In this document: positions 7,703 to 18,189 of the stretch, in pieces
Position numbering within the stretch: position 1 is the first letter of the stretch
Layout of the letters: each line of letters opens with the position of its first letter
From: a virus
Lineage: Duplodnaviria; Caudoviricetes
Direction: 5' to 3' (one strand)
Virus record (IMG/VR): IMGVR_UViG_3300027861_000043
Location: 1-50,356 of that record
DNA length: 50,356 nt
Made by a program: the position numbers and the translations under genes
Notes under the pieces: generated by a model
Databases searched by the model: none
What the model was told of the DNA's origin: nothing
What the model saw: only the letters and a program-made list of their open reading frames with translations

Positions 7703-10135
7703 ATGACTATTGAATTTGATGCAATATCATCGACATTAAATAATCAGTCTACACCGATTACTGTTTCACACACTGCGATAGGAATACCCGCTGCTGCGTG
7801 TGTTCAAATTATTGAGTCTGGAACAGCGTCAGATGATATTGACACAGTTACTTATGGTGGTATTACATTAAATCATATTGGAAGTTCTCCATTTTTAGGT
7901 ACAAATAATGAAGGTGGAACAATCCATCTCTATTTCTTAGGTAGTGGAGTACCGACTGGACAACAAGACGCAGTAATTACTCCCACATCTAGTGGTGGTC
8001 GCTCATGTAGTGTAATGACTCTGACAGCAGATGGAGATGTGGAAGTAAATACATCTTCAATGTTACTTGATACTAGCTCAATAACTAGTCCTAGTGTTTC
8101 TTTTGACATCGGTGGAGTTTCATCATTTGTCTATCAAGTATTCTATGGTGGTACAAGCGCGGTAACCGGAGTAACACCTTTAAATGATTGGACAGAGAGA
8201 TTAGAAGCTGATTTAAGTTCAAGTGTTGCAGGTGTCTACACCTATAATACTGTTGGCACAGTAAATATGAATTGTGGTTGGACCGGTCCGAATGATAACG
8301 CATTTATAACTTCAGTGGCTTTGACTGATGCAGCACCTCCGGTTGGTGTTAATATAACTAGTGTTAGTGATGGAACAGTTGAAATCGGAGAGTCTGGAAT
8401 CACTATTTCTGGAAATAGTTTTGAGGCAACTACCGGAGTTTTCATTATTAGTCCGACTGATGACATTAATGACTCTAGGGCGGTCATAGTAGTCACTAAT
8501 AGTTGGAACAATACTACTATAACTGCTGATATACCTTCAGATTTTTCAATGCTGTATGGCACTAGATATGCTTTTGTAATAACTGATAGTCTGGAAGAAA
8601 ATGCAGCAGGTAAAGGGTTCAGTTTAATACCTCCTGCGGGTAATGATTATGTAGTCATTAAGGCTCAGAACCAACTCGGAGTATTGAAAGGGGTAACTGA
8701 TGTAGAAATAGGAGAAGACCAGATAGAATACTCCACTACCACTTCAGGCGGTGGTGATGTGTACATGAGTGTTTCAGGATATTATCGTATCGATTTTACC
8801 GGAACTGCTCCTGTTTCTGACACTATGAACATACGGCTTGGAGACTCTAACACTCAGTCGTGGACAAGAGATTCTGCTGAATCATATTATATGGGACCAC
8901 CTGTTGCAGTTGGTGACTATCCTTCTACTATTGCCGCGCTTGGTCCAAATCATAGTTGGGCTTTTGATGGTGATGTTAATGACAGTGTAGGTTCTGCAAA
9001 TGGAACTAATGTTGGGTGCATATTAACCGATGGCCCATTGTGTAGAGATACAACAAACAGTCTAACAACGAACACAACAACAGATAGAGTTTCCATTCCA
9101 ACTACCGCTGATATAAATAATTCTGCACAAACAAGGAAGATTATCGCAGGATGGTTTATGGCGAATAATATTAATGCTCCACCTAAAAGAATTTATGGAG
9201 AAGGGACTAATGTAACTGCATTTCAGTTTGTTTGTGCCTACGGTAATAATTTAATGTTTGAATGTGTTGAAGCAAGTTTCAATGTTCAAGTTTACGGTCT
9301 TGCGGCTATACCTAATCGAATCTATCATCTGTGCGGAGTATTTGAAGGAAGTGGTTTCGGAAACACTGTAGATTTTTATGTTGATGGGGTAATACAATCA
9401 GCAGCTTCGCCAGAAAACAGACAACCAAATAGTGTAGATTTAGATGCTAGAGGGGTTGGTGAATTTGGTGACCCCGCAGGGACAGTTGGTGTTGGTGGAG
9501 ATGTAGTTTTATTGGGCGCTCCTACAAACGGAAGATATAACCGATGGAATAGTTGGAATGGCGTTTCTCTTACTCCAACTCAAATAAGAGAAGAATTATT
9601 TGAGAAAGGTGCAATACCAGATGTCACAGTGACAGACCAATTAAGTCTTGATGCATTAGCAAACACTGTTAGACCAAATGTTCCGCTTTGCATTTTTGTC
9701 GATGATACTGAAGATTTAACACTGACAGCAGATAACATTACTTTCGACCCATTGGCAAGTATCCACGTGCAATATGCAGGATTCGGAGTATTAACGTGGA
9801 TAAATACTAACGGCTCAAATGCAAGCATTGGTAGTACTCAAAATTCAGGAACCATTGTTTTTGAGAATCCTGTTTCCTTGACAATCAATGGGGTAATTGA
9901 TGGAGCAGAGATTAGAATTTATAATGATGAAATACCTGACGATAATCGATATAATACGGAACTTGGCGGGGTTGAATCAAACTCAGGAACGACTTTTGTT
10001 CTTTCCCATTCAGGGGAGTCTAATGATATAGTTATTCAAATGATTGCGAATGGTTATGAAGAATTAATACAGAATTTCGCCTTAGATTCAACTAATCAAA
10101 CAATAACTCTATTTCCTAATGTGGAGACAAATTAG
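7703..10135 (+). CDS. large virion-type protein: IPT/TIG-like + LamG (concanavalin A-like) + shared C-terminal domain
   Basis: ITISGNSF..SWNNTTIT, HSWAFDGD..D..G, YHLCGVF..FYVDG; paralog of next gene; start moved from 7670 to ATG 7703 after the upstream stop. Confidence 0.75.
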   Translation: MTIEFDAISSTLNNQSTPITVSHTAIGIPAAACVQIIESGTASDDIDTVTYGGITLNHIGSSPFLGTNNEGGTIHLYFLGSGVPTGQQDAVITPTSSGGRSCSVMTLTADGDVEVNTSSMLLDTSSITSPSVSFDIGGVSSFVYQVFYGGTSAVTGVTPLNDWTERLEADLSSSVAGVYTYNTVGTVNMNCGWTGPNDNAFITSVALTDAAPPVGVNITSVSDGTVEIGESGITISGNSFEATTGVFIISPTDDINDSRAVIVVTNSWNNTTITADIPSDFSMLYGTRYAFVITDSLEENAAGKGFSLIPPAGNDYVVIKAQNQLGVLKGVTDVEIGEDQIEYSTTTSGGGDVYMSVSGYYRIDFTGTAPVSDTMNIRLGDSNTQSWTRDSAESYYMGPPVAVGDYPSTIAALGPNHSWAFDGDVNDSVGSANGTNVGCILTDGPLCRDTTNSLTTNTTTDRVSIPTTADINNSAQTRKIIAGWFMANNINAPPKRIYGEGTNVTAFQFVCAYGNNLMFECVEASFNVQVYGLAAIPNRIYHLCGVFEGSGFGNTVDFYVDGVIQSAASPENRQPNSVDLDARGVGEFGDPAGTVGVGGDVVLLGAPTNGRYNRWNSWNGVSLTPTQIREELFEKGAIPDVTVTDQLSLDALANTVRPNVPLCIFVDDTEDLTLTADNITFDPLASIHVQYAGFGVLTWINTNGSNASIGSTQNSGTIVFENPVSLTINGVIDGAEIRIYNDEIPDDNRYNTELGGVESNSGTTFVLSHSGESNDIVIQMIANGYEELIQNFALDSTNQTITLFPNVETN

Positions 10136-12399
10136 TGGCTATTACATTTATTGATAGTGATGTTGTTGATTCTGCTGCTGCATTAAATATATCTTTTGCT
10201 ATTCCAGCGGGAGCTATAGCTGGTGATTTCATGATTGCGTTTGTTAAGCAATCAGAAAATACCAGTCAGCAAACTTGGGATGACGATGGTGGAGGCGGCA
10301 ACGGATGGATTCAGTTATATTATAATAGAACAACAGGTGGTCGTGACCAAGAAACCTCAATTTATTATAAAATTCATTCAGGTTCAGAATCAAATCCAAC
10401 ATTTACTTGGTGGGGTGGAGGTACAACTTCTGAGCCGATTTCAGGTTCATTGTTAGTCTATCGAGGTGTAGACACTGTAACTCCTATTGCAGATAGTAAT
10501 TTCATGGAGGCGCAGAATGATGCTAATCCACCTAATCCAAGTGTAACCATTGCGAAATCATCTAATGCTGTAGTTGTTTTTCATGCAGCCACGCATGATG
10601 ATATATCTGCTGTATCTCAACCTACCGGATATACCTTAAGGACTCAAGTTTGGAATGGGGTAAACGATGACCATCGAAATCATTTTACTGCGGATTTAAT
10701 TGGTGGGTTTTCTGTCGGTACTTATTCCCCCCCAGATTGGCAACATAGTGTGCTAAACACCACGCCGGAATATCACACTTATTCTATTGCAATACAAGAG
10801 CCATCACTGATTGGAATTTCATCTCCTGCAAGTTCATCGAAAATTAATTGGGGAGACAATGCGGTAGGGATAACAGGCTTTGGATTTGGAGCTGTTCAAA
10901 ATTCAGGAAAGGTAGAATTTTGGTCAGACACTATCGGAACTATTAAGCAGGTTCAAACTGTAAATTCTTGGGCAGATGGGTCAATTGAAATTGATACGGT
11001 TCAAGGCTCTCTCAGTAATGACACTTCTAACTATCTCGTTGTGACTAATGATAATGGCGATGTAACTACTACAGTAAGGATAATTTTCGGATTAATACCT
11101 TATCAAGACTTAGTTATCTCGCTGAGTCCTGACCATTTTTGGTCATTTAATGGTGATTATAATGATACGGGTGTAGGTGGAGCAATAAGGGATGCAACAA
11201 CCGGAGTGGTTGGAACTCACCCTTGGATTTCTAATATTGCAGAGGATGCCACTCAGTCGATGCAGTTTGATGACATTTTAGACCGCAGAGAAATTGTAGA
11301 TAGTCCATATATGAACGTGACCATTAGTGCTAAAGAAAGAACTATGGCAGGGTGGATTATGCTAGGGGGAGTTCAGAAATCAATGGCTGCAATATGGAAA
11401 GAAGGCGGGGGAGTTCAGAATTTAGCGTTTTTAACTGGATTAGGAAATGTTCTCCTTGCTCAACTTGCAGATGTTGCAGGTTCAAGGGATAATGTTCAGG
11501 CAATAGCTGAAATTAGATTAACTCCTTTTCGACCATATCATATTTGCCTTAGATATAGTCATCTTGAAACAACAAAAGAGATGAGACTGTATGTTGACGG
11601 TGAGGAACAGCCTTTATCCTTGACAGACGGAAATCCAATGGTTTTAGGAATCTTTGATTCTCATGGTGGAGATGTGACTTGGGGTAATAGTGATAATAAC
11701 TTAGAAATGGGTACGGTTGATGTTGCGTTTTCAGGGCAGGAAGATTGTGCATATCAACACTGGTGTTCTTGGTCTGACAATTCTCCCAATAGTGGAGCAT
11801 TAGAAAAAGTAACAGAAATAAGAGATGTGTTATTCAGAAGGGGAGCATTACCTAAGTACACGATAACTTCAGACACCGAAGTAAATATGCAAGCAGCCTT
11901 AGATGTGTTAGGGACTATTGAAGTTGAAGATTACCCTCTTGGAATAAGAGTTGAAGCACCATCTGGCGGTGCTAATTTAACACTTACTGCTACAGGTATT
12001 ACATTTAACCCCAGAACCACCATGCAATTAGAATGGAGAGGTGTAGGGCAATTAACCTACGTGGTTTCGTCAAATAGTGAACTAGATGAGAGTAAGCTTT
12101 ATTCTTCCGGTGGAGGGACTATAATCATTGAACGACCTGCTAGTTTAACCATAAATGGATTAATAGTTAATTCTGAAGTAAGGATATATGACGATGATGG
12201 AGTTTCTAACTCTTTTGGAACAGAACTAGATGGTGTAGAATCTAATCCAAGTAATGAGTATATCTATTCTCATGCTGGTATAATTAATGGTATCATAGTT
12301 CAAATTATGGTAGACGGGTATGTAGAAATTAAAATTCCTTTGGTTTTAGGAAGTACCGACCAGACACTAACAATAACTCCTGTAGTGGAAGAAAACTAA
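10135..12399 (+). CDS. large virion-type protein: IPT/TIG-like + LamG + shared C-terminal domain
   Basis: GTG start overlapping upstream stop; ITGFGFG..SWADGSIEI, HFWSFNGD, YHICLRY..LYVDG; C-terminal ~170 aa aligns with upstream paralog. Confidence 0.75.
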   Translation: MAITFIDSDVVDSAAALNISFAIPAGAIAGDFMIAFVKQSENTSQQTWDDDGGGGNGWIQLYYNRTTGGRDQETSIYYKIHSGSESNPTFTWWGGGTTSEPISGSLLVYRGVDTVTPIADSNFMEAQNDANPPNPSVTIAKSSNAVVVFHAATHDDISAVSQPTGYTLRTQVWNGVNDDHRNHFTADLIGGFSVGTYSPPDWQHSVLNTTPEYHTYSIAIQEPSLIGISSPASSSKINWGDNAVGITGFGFGAVQNSGKVEFWSDTIGTIKQVQTVNSWADGSIEIDTVQGSLSNDTSNYLVVTNDNGDVTTTVRIIFGLIPYQDLVISLSPDHFWSFNGDYNDTGVGGAIRDATTGVVGTHPWISNIAEDATQSMQFDDILDRREIVDSPYMNVTISAKERTMAGWIMLGGVQKSMAAIWKEGGGVQNLAFLTGLGNVLLAQLADVAGSRDNVQAIAEIRLTPFRPYHICLRYSHLETTKEMRLYVDGEEQPLSLTDGNPMVLGIFDSHGGDVTWGNSDNNLEMGTVDVAFSGQEDCAYQHWCSWSDNSPNSGALEKVTEIRDVLFRRGALPKYTITSDTEVNMQAALDVLGTIEVEDYPLGIRVEAPSGGANLTLTATGITFNPRTTMQLEWRGVGQLTYVVSSNSELDESKLYSSGGGTIIIERPASLTINGLIVNSEVRIYDDDGVSNSFGTELDGVESNPSNEYIYSHAGIINGIIVQIMVDGYVEIKIPLVLGSTDQTLTITPVVEEN

Positions 12400-12400
12400 T

Positions 12401-12736
12401 ATGAAAGATTTAATAGAATTACAAAATTGTAATATGCACCAACTTACTTCTAATGCAGGTAAATCAGATTGGCAAATTCGGGAAAACATTACAGATAATA
12501 TATTAGATGTTTTACCTAACACCATATCTGATAGAGATATTTTTGCAATCGTTAAGTTTGCAAGGAAATTTGAACTGAAAGCATTTAATGTAGGTATTGA
12601 TTTCGGTAAGAAGAAAGGAACTGCACCATTGCATGATGAAATACGTTATTTAAAAGAACAGCTTGCAGCATCTATTGAACATAGCGATAAACTTGCAAAT
12701 AAACTTGAAGAATTATTAATTAATGATGAGGTATAA
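12401..12736 (+). CDS. hypothetical protein with C-terminal coiled coil
   Basis: 111-aa ORF tightly packed in the operon. Confidence 0.7.
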   Translation: MKDLIELQNCNMHQLTSNAGKSDWQIRENITDNILDVLPNTISDRDIFAIVKFARKFELKAFNVGIDFGKKKGTAPLHDEIRYLKEQLAASIEHSDKLANKLEELLINDEV

Positions 12737-12739
12737 AAA

Positions 12740-14218
12740 ATGTCTATTATAGATTTATCGAATTACGCTACAAGCTTAGTTCAAAGCAGTCAAGGTCGCT
12801 CGGGTACTCCTGACGGTAATATTTTCTTCAATACTGCTAGTGGTCTTTGGGAGGCAATCACAGTCGAAGAATTAGCAACTATCGATTTAACTAGTGTAGG
12901 CGGTGGAGCATCTGACCCTAATCCACTGTCTCAACAGGACGGAATTAAACTTGAAGCAGCTTATGCTTTTGAAAATCAAGAACGTGCCTCAGATGAAGTA
13001 CTTCGTGGATTTGATAGATTTATTAAGGGTTCGTTTAAGTTCGCGGGAGCATATAATTTTGTAAACTCTCGTAAGCCTTCTACTCAAGCAGATAGAGACA
13101 TCTTACGTGGTTCTGGATGGTCAGAGCTTGCAAGTGATGGTGGTACTGATAGAATTTATTTTGGTGCAAAAGGACTGTCAAATATCGAACCTGCTTCTCA
13201 GCCATATAACCAATTATCTGCTGGTGGCGCTCCTACTGATTTCGCTAAAGCGGGTCAATTTGATGAAGCCGTTCAAGTGTTCGGTTCAACTGCAAATACC
13301 CCTACTGATTCAGGAGCTGGTGATTTCGATACAAGAGACTATATGGCTGTATCGGTGAGAACTTTTGGTCAAAATTATGACCGGAAAGAAACTACTACTG
13401 ATTTAGGTATCGCAGAACTAGGCGGGTATTCAACAGGTTTCGCAGTAAATGAGTCACCGCATAATACTTCGGGTAATTATATCCTTGCTGATGTTTATGG
13501 GGGTTCGCAGATTTCTCCTTGGACTTCGATGGGACTTGAAGAATTAGATAGTCCTCAGTCTGAATCAGGGTTCAATGAAGTTGATGGAAACTTTACTTGG
13601 GTTTTAAATAACAGCAGTAGCGGAACACTTGATGAATGTGTTGCTTTCTTAGATGCTTTATCACAAACAGATGATGATATTAATGACCATGCTAGTAATA
13701 CAACTAATGGTAAGCGTGTTGGTACGTTCTATAGTTATAATGGTGCAGGTCAAGTTGTATTCGATAGTCCATTTTCAGGTCAAGGACTGTTTGTTGAACA
13801 AGTTCCAGTAGCAGATGAACAACGATGTGTATTCACTGATGATGCGTCAGGAGTTAAAACTAGACCGTTCTCCGTTGCCTTAGAAGCGACCCTTGGTTCA
13901 GTGGCTAAAGCAGATGTTAATGCTTGGTATCATTGCTTCTTCGCTGCTGCATACAATACTGGTGGTGCAGTAACTGTTCGGAATTCTTCGGCAGGAGATA
14001 TTAAAGGTCTTGCTAGTACTTCTGATGGAAACAATAAAATCATTGAATCGTTTGATTATGATGGTGATACTGTTGGTGGAAGCGCAGGAACAGATAAAGA
14101 TTGTGTTTTTCTGTGTGAAGGTGATGGTGGTGCTACTCAAGCTAAGACTTTGTTTACTATATCCAGAACGACCACAGTTGCTTTCTCTTGCTCCCCTGCT
14201 GCTGAAACCAATGTTTAA
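12740..14218 (+). CDS. putative structural protein (acidic, G/S/T/D-rich)
   Basis: GAGG RBS, beta-rich virion-like composition, ends PAAETNV. Confidence 0.7.
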   Translation: MSIIDLSNYATSLVQSSQGRSGTPDGNIFFNTASGLWEAITVEELATIDLTSVGGGASDPNPLSQQDGIKLEAAYAFENQERASDEVLRGFDRFIKGSFKFAGAYNFVNSRKPSTQADRDILRGSGWSELASDGGTDRIYFGAKGLSNIEPASQPYNQLSAGGAPTDFAKAGQFDEAVQVFGSTANTPTDSGAGDFDTRDYMAVSVRTFGQNYDRKETTTDLGIAELGGYSTGFAVNESPHNTSGNYILADVYGGSQISPWTSMGLEELDSPQSESGFNEVDGNFTWVLNNSSSGTLDECVAFLDALSQTDDDINDHASNTTNGKRVGTFYSYNGAGQVVFDSPFSGQGLFVEQVPVADEQRCVFTDDASGVKTRPFSVALEATLGSVAKADVNAWYHCFFAAAYNTGGAVTVRNSSAGDIKGLASTSDGNNKIIESFDYDGDTVGGSAGTDKDCVFLCEGDGGATQAKTLFTISRTTTVAFSCSPAAETNV

Positions 14219-14220
14219 TC

Positions 14221-14784
14221 GTGACAATAATAGCTAACATAGACGGTGCTACCCGTAGAGTGTTCCTACATCAAGATACTGTAGGAACATCTTTGCACCC
14301 AATTGACATCTATCATGAGATGCGTTCATTACGTGCCTCGGATGAAACTTTGCGATATTGGGATTTATATATGAAAGCAGACGGTAATGTATCGAAAGGT
14401 GGAGGAAAATTCACTGAAAGATATGTTACCTTGCTTGATGGAACTAGAATTGTTCCATACGATTCTAGTCAAAACTTGACTATTACAGGTACAATAATAA
14501 CCGACGATGGGCAAGAAGGTCCGGCAGCTTTTGATAAGTCATTACTTTCTCCAACAACCTCAGTGGATATAACTTATGTTCCACCTCAAGTTGAAGTAAT
14601 TGAAGTGTTAATTGCGGGAGGATTATCACCGGAGCAAGCAACAATGTTATCTGAGCTATGGAAGATAGCAGGATTAGATGTTGATAATCCTTTGACAATA
14701 AGTCAAGTTAGCAAGGTTGTAGACACAGTTAATTTATTATTCTCAGGAGATGGTGAAAACAATTTGACTGTGACGAGGCAATAA
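14221..14784 (+). CDS. putative structural protein
   Basis: GTG start, beta-rich N-terminal domain, EQA.ML.ELWKIAGLD..NPLT segment. Confidence 0.65.
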   Translation: MTIIANIDGATRRVFLHQDTVGTSLHPIDIYHEMRSLRASDETLRYWDLYMKADGNVSKGGGKFTERYVTLLDGTRIVPYDSSQNLTITGTIITDDGQEGPAAFDKSLLSPTTSVDITYVPPQVEVIEVLIAGGLSPEQATMLSELWKIAGLDVDNPLTISQVSKVVDTVNLLFSGDGENNLTVTRQ

Positions 14785-14990
14785 TGGACCTTTTAGCGAT
14801 TGCAACAGAAGGATATTTAACTAAGCCTAGTGGTGGAGTTGGAGAAGACCGGACATTCTATAGTCCGTTTGAAAGCGCGATAACTGAAAATATGTCAAGT
14901 AAAATTGTTGAAACATTATCAAGTAATGTTTCCGGTAATCAATTAAGTTCAGGCATTAAAACTTACGCAAAATCACAGGTGACAAAATGA
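14784..14990 (+). CDS. hypothetical protein
   Basis: translationally coupled (TAATG) 68-aa ORF. Confidence 0.6.
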   Translation: MDLLAIATEGYLTKPSGGVGEDRTFYSPFESAITENMSSKIVETLSSNVSGNQLSSGIKTYAKSQVTK

Positions 14991-15361
14991 GCAAACCAGA
15001 AATAACAACAGGTGACGATGCGGTACTAATGCACGAACTGACTAAATATGACAAAGACCTGAAGCAACAGGTGACTTTTAATATTCCTGATACGGCTACT
15101 GTGAAGACTAGAATTATAGCAGCCGACCACAGCGAAGCTTATAGCGAATCAGTGGTTCAGTCTGACCTAACTGCGGGTGCGGATTGGCCTAATTCACTAG
15201 TTGCAGTAGTACTTGATTCAACCATCACATCTGAGATTTTAAGCAAGTCAGTGTTGTGGAAGAATGGCAGAGTAAATGCTAAAATTGAAACTCAAGTTGA
15301 CGATGGAGGCAAAACCACATGGTTTGCAAGCGTTGTCATGATTAAAGGCTTGGTTGAATGA
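14987..15361 (+). CDS. hypothetical beta-sandwich protein (possible adaptor)
   Basis: ATGA-coupled; last gene of the insert before the capsid promoter. Confidence 0.6.
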   Translation: MSKPEITTGDDAVLMHELTKYDKDLKQQVTFNIPDTATVKTRIIAADHSEAYSESVVQSDLTAGADWPNSLVAVVLDSTITSEILSKSVLWKNGRVNAKIETQVDDGGKTTWFASVVMIKGLVE

Positions 15362-15365
15362 TGGC

Positions 15366-15394
15366 TTGCATTAAATGTATTTGTGTACGATAAT
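15366..15394 (+). promoter_or_regulatory. sigma70-like promoter for capsid/tail genes
   Basis: TTGCAT-N17-GATAAT in the only intergenic gap before the capsid gene. Confidence 0.5.
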
Positions 15395-15417
15395 CAGCAG
15401 AAATAAAGGGTTAAACG

Positions 15418-17481
15418 ATGTTCATACGAAAAGCGGCAATACCAAATACGAGAGTTCAAGGCAGCTTTCGACCTGAGACTGTTAATCTGGAAGAAAGAAC
15501 TATGGAGATAGTTTTTACTACTGGACAAAGCGGTAGACGTTATGATTTTTATAATGACGTAGAATACCTTGAAGAATTAGAAGTTACCCCTGACGCGGTT
15601 CGTACAGACCGATTAGACAAAGGATTATCAGTTATTGATAATCATGATACCTTTAGAGGTGTCGATGGAGTTTTCGGAATTACTGAAGATTATCGATTTG
15701 AAAACGGTACATTAATCGGTACTGCTCGTTTCGGTGCTGATGAAGATTCAGATAAAAAATTCACTAAAGCAGCCGATGGTATTTTACGACACGTATCACT
15801 CGGTTACAAAGTCCACAAATTTCAAAAATTTAGAGGAATGAATGGAGACTTAGATACCTATCGAGCAGTCGATTGGGAACCTACTGAATTGTCATTCACA
15901 CCTGTATCTTTTGAAACAACTAACGGTGTTCGTGCTGAACAACGTAAATTAAACGATGTCGAAATAGAGGAATTTATCATGACACCAGAACAATTAGCTC
16001 GATTACGAGCATTACAGGGTTCAGCAACTAGAACGGCTGACGAAGATAAGGAGTTGATTAAACTTCTTGAAATGCAAACTAGGGCTGCTGCTCCTGTTAT
16101 TGACCCTACACCGGCTCCTGCTGCTCCTGTAGCTCGCGCTATCGAACCTGTTCCTGCTCCTGTAGTTCCGAGCATTAATGTTGCTGACGTTCGTAGTTCC
16201 GAACGTGGTCAGCTCAGTCCTATGATTGAAGCTGCTCAAAAAGCAGGTATTCAACAGGATTTTGCAATTCGAGCTTTCAATGAAGGTAAATCAATTGATG
16301 AGTTCCGAACTATGGTTATTGATGAGTTAGGAAACAAAGACAGCACTCAGATTGTATCTGTTGCGGGTACGGCTTTGAATTCCGACGAACGTGCTGACCA
16401 AAAAGAAACTCTCATCAATGATGCAGTTTCTTCGTTGTTACATCGAACTGGTAGCAATATCGAACTGACTAACGGTATTCGTCAGTTTAGCGGGATGACA
16501 CTACTCGATATGGGTCGTGATTTCGTTGAAGCATCTGGTATTAATACTCGTGGTATGTCGAGACAAGCGATTGCTCAACGTGCTTTCCATACGACTTCTG
16601 ATTTCCCTGTTATTCTTGAGAATGTAATGAACAAGAATTTACAATCAGCGTATCAAGAAACACCGCAAACTTTTAAAGACTTAGGTCGTAGAAGTACTGT
16701 GAATGATTTCAGAGAGAAACACGTTATATCAATGGGTGATGCTCCAAATCTACTTCCTTTAGGTGAACATGGCGAATACAAAGCCGGTACGTTCGGTGAA
16801 GGTAAAGAAAAGTACAGCATTGCTACTTACGCTCGTAAGATTGGAGTGACACGTGAGTCATTAATTAACGATGATATGTCTGCTCTTGACCGTCTACCTG
16901 CAATGTTTGGTGCAGCCGGTTCACGCCTTGAGTCGAATATTGTTTGGGGATTATTGCTTGGGTTTGATTTCTTTAAAAACATTCCTGCTGTTCATTTAAT
17001 GAATGATGGTAAAACATTATATCATGCTGACCACGGTAATCTTTTAACCGGCGGCGGTTCGGTGTTTGGTGAAACTGCACTTTCTGATTTGAGAATGTTA
17101 GGCCGACAAGCTAAAACTCTTGATGGCAACTACATGAACATTAATTTCAACAATCTAGTTCTTCCTTACGAGTTAGAAACTGCTGCTGAAAAACTTCTTG
17201 TTCAGAACTTCAATCCTGTTACTTCTGCAACCACTAACCCATTCCAAGGCAAATTCCAGTCTCGCGTTGAACCACGTTTGAGTGCTGTAAGTACAACTGC
17301 TTGGTATGCGTTCTCTAATGAAGCTGATACTTTCGAGTATAGCTACTTAGCGGGCGAAGAAGAAATGATGACTGAGGTCAACACACATACTGATGTCGAT
17401 GGAATGGAAGTTAAAGTCCGTAAAGACTTCGGTGCAGGTTTAATTGATTATCGCGCAATGGCTAAGTCTGACGGTGCATAA
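15418..17481 (+). CDS. prohead protease-major capsid protein fusion (HK97-type protease + linker/scaffold + capsid)
   Basis: IDNH, GILRHVSLGY, WEPTELS protease motifs; Pro/Ala linker; TTSDFP, DFR, GEYK.G, INDD capsid motifs. Confidence 0.92.
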   Translation: MFIRKAAIPNTRVQGSFRPETVNLEERTMEIVFTTGQSGRRYDFYNDVEYLEELEVTPDAVRTDRLDKGLSVIDNHDTFRGVDGVFGITEDYRFENGTLIGTARFGADEDSDKKFTKAADGILRHVSLGYKVHKFQKFRGMNGDLDTYRAVDWEPTELSFTPVSFETTNGVRAEQRKLNDVEIEEFIMTPEQLARLRALQGSATRTADEDKELIKLLEMQTRAAAPVIDPTPAPAAPVARAIEPVPAPVVPSINVADVRSSERGQLSPMIEAAQKAGIQQDFAIRAFNEGKSIDEFRTMVIDELGNKDSTQIVSVAGTALNSDERADQKETLINDAVSSLLHRTGSNIELTNGIRQFSGMTLLDMGRDFVEASGINTRGMSRQAIAQRAFHTTSDFPVILENVMNKNLQSAYQETPQTFKDLGRRSTVNDFREKHVISMGDAPNLLPLGEHGEYKAGTFGEGKEKYSIATYARKIGVTRESLINDDMSALDRLPAMFGAAGSRLESNIVWGLLLGFDFFKNIPAVHLMNDGKTLYHADHGNLLTGGGSVFGETALSDLRMLGRQAKTLDGNYMNINFNNLVLPYELETAAEKLLVQNFNPVTSATTNPFQGKFQSRVEPRLSAVSTTAWYAFSNEADTFEYSYLAGEEEMMTEVNTHTDVDGMEVKVRKDFGAGLIDYRAMAKSDGA

Positions 17482-17489
17482 TTAATGGC

Positions 17490-17508
17490 TCCCCTGCTAG
17501 TCAGGGGA
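17490..17508 (+). terminator. hairpin after capsid gene (weak terminator or mRNA stabiliser)
   Basis: TCCCCTG-ctagt-CAGGGGA, T-run delayed. Confidence 0.4.
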
Positions 17509-17545
17509 ATCACTCATTTTTAAATTTATTCAGAGGAATAAACCA

Positions 17546-17872
17546 ATGAAAAACTATATTCAAGAAGGAAAGACGGTCACACTGACTGCGGCAGCAGATG
17601 TTGCTTCAGGTGACATTGCAATAGTCGGTTCACTCTACTCAGTTGCAACCGGTACTGTCGCATCTGGGGATGAGTTTGAAGGAATCACAGAAGGCGTTTA
17701 TGAGTTTACTAAAACGACTGCTGATGCTCCCGCTCAAGGTGCTGCTGCTTATTGGGATGATACAGAGAAAGAAGTGACTGTAGCAACCAGTGGTAACACG
17801 CTCATAGGTAAGTTCATGAAGGCTTACATTAATGGCGATACCCTTGCTCAAGTTCGATTGAACGCACAGTAA
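17546..17872 (+). CDS. DUF2190-family capsid cement/decoration protein
   Basis: MKNYIQEG..V, EGVY..K, AYWD, GNT.IG, V.LN. Confidence 0.85.
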   Translation: MKNYIQEGKTVTLTAAADVASGDIAIVGSLYSVATGTVASGDEFEGITEGVYEFTKTTADAPAQGAAAYWDDTEKEVTVATSGNTLIGKFMKAYINGDTLAQVRLNAQ

Positions 17873-17874
17873 GC

Positions 17875-18189
17875 ATGAGTTACAAAGATGTAATTACAGC
17901 GGCATCTAGGGTGGTTAATTCCGTCCTAGGTGTCCGTTGTGACTATGAACATAGAGATGGTACATTCACCAGTGATATCCTTATTTCGATTAATAGAAAT
18001 CGAGAAGTAAAAGGTGATTTTGGAATAATAGCCGGTTCGTATATTGAGGTTTCTATTCTAAAGTCAGACATTGACAAAGTAAGACCGGATGACCGGTTTA
18101 TCGATGAAGATGGTCAGACCTATGAAATAACTGAGATGGTTAAAGATACTACTGCAAAATGGTATGCAAGCGTTATTGAGATTTTCTAA
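17875..18189 (+). CDS. head-tail joining/closure protein
   Basis: position after DUF2190; size and beta-rich pattern. Confidence 0.65.
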   Translation: MSYKDVITAASRVVNSVLGVRCDYEHRDGTFTSDILISINRNREVKGDFGIIAGSYIEVSILKSDIDKVRPDDRFIDEDGQTYEITEMVKDTTAKWYASVIEIF

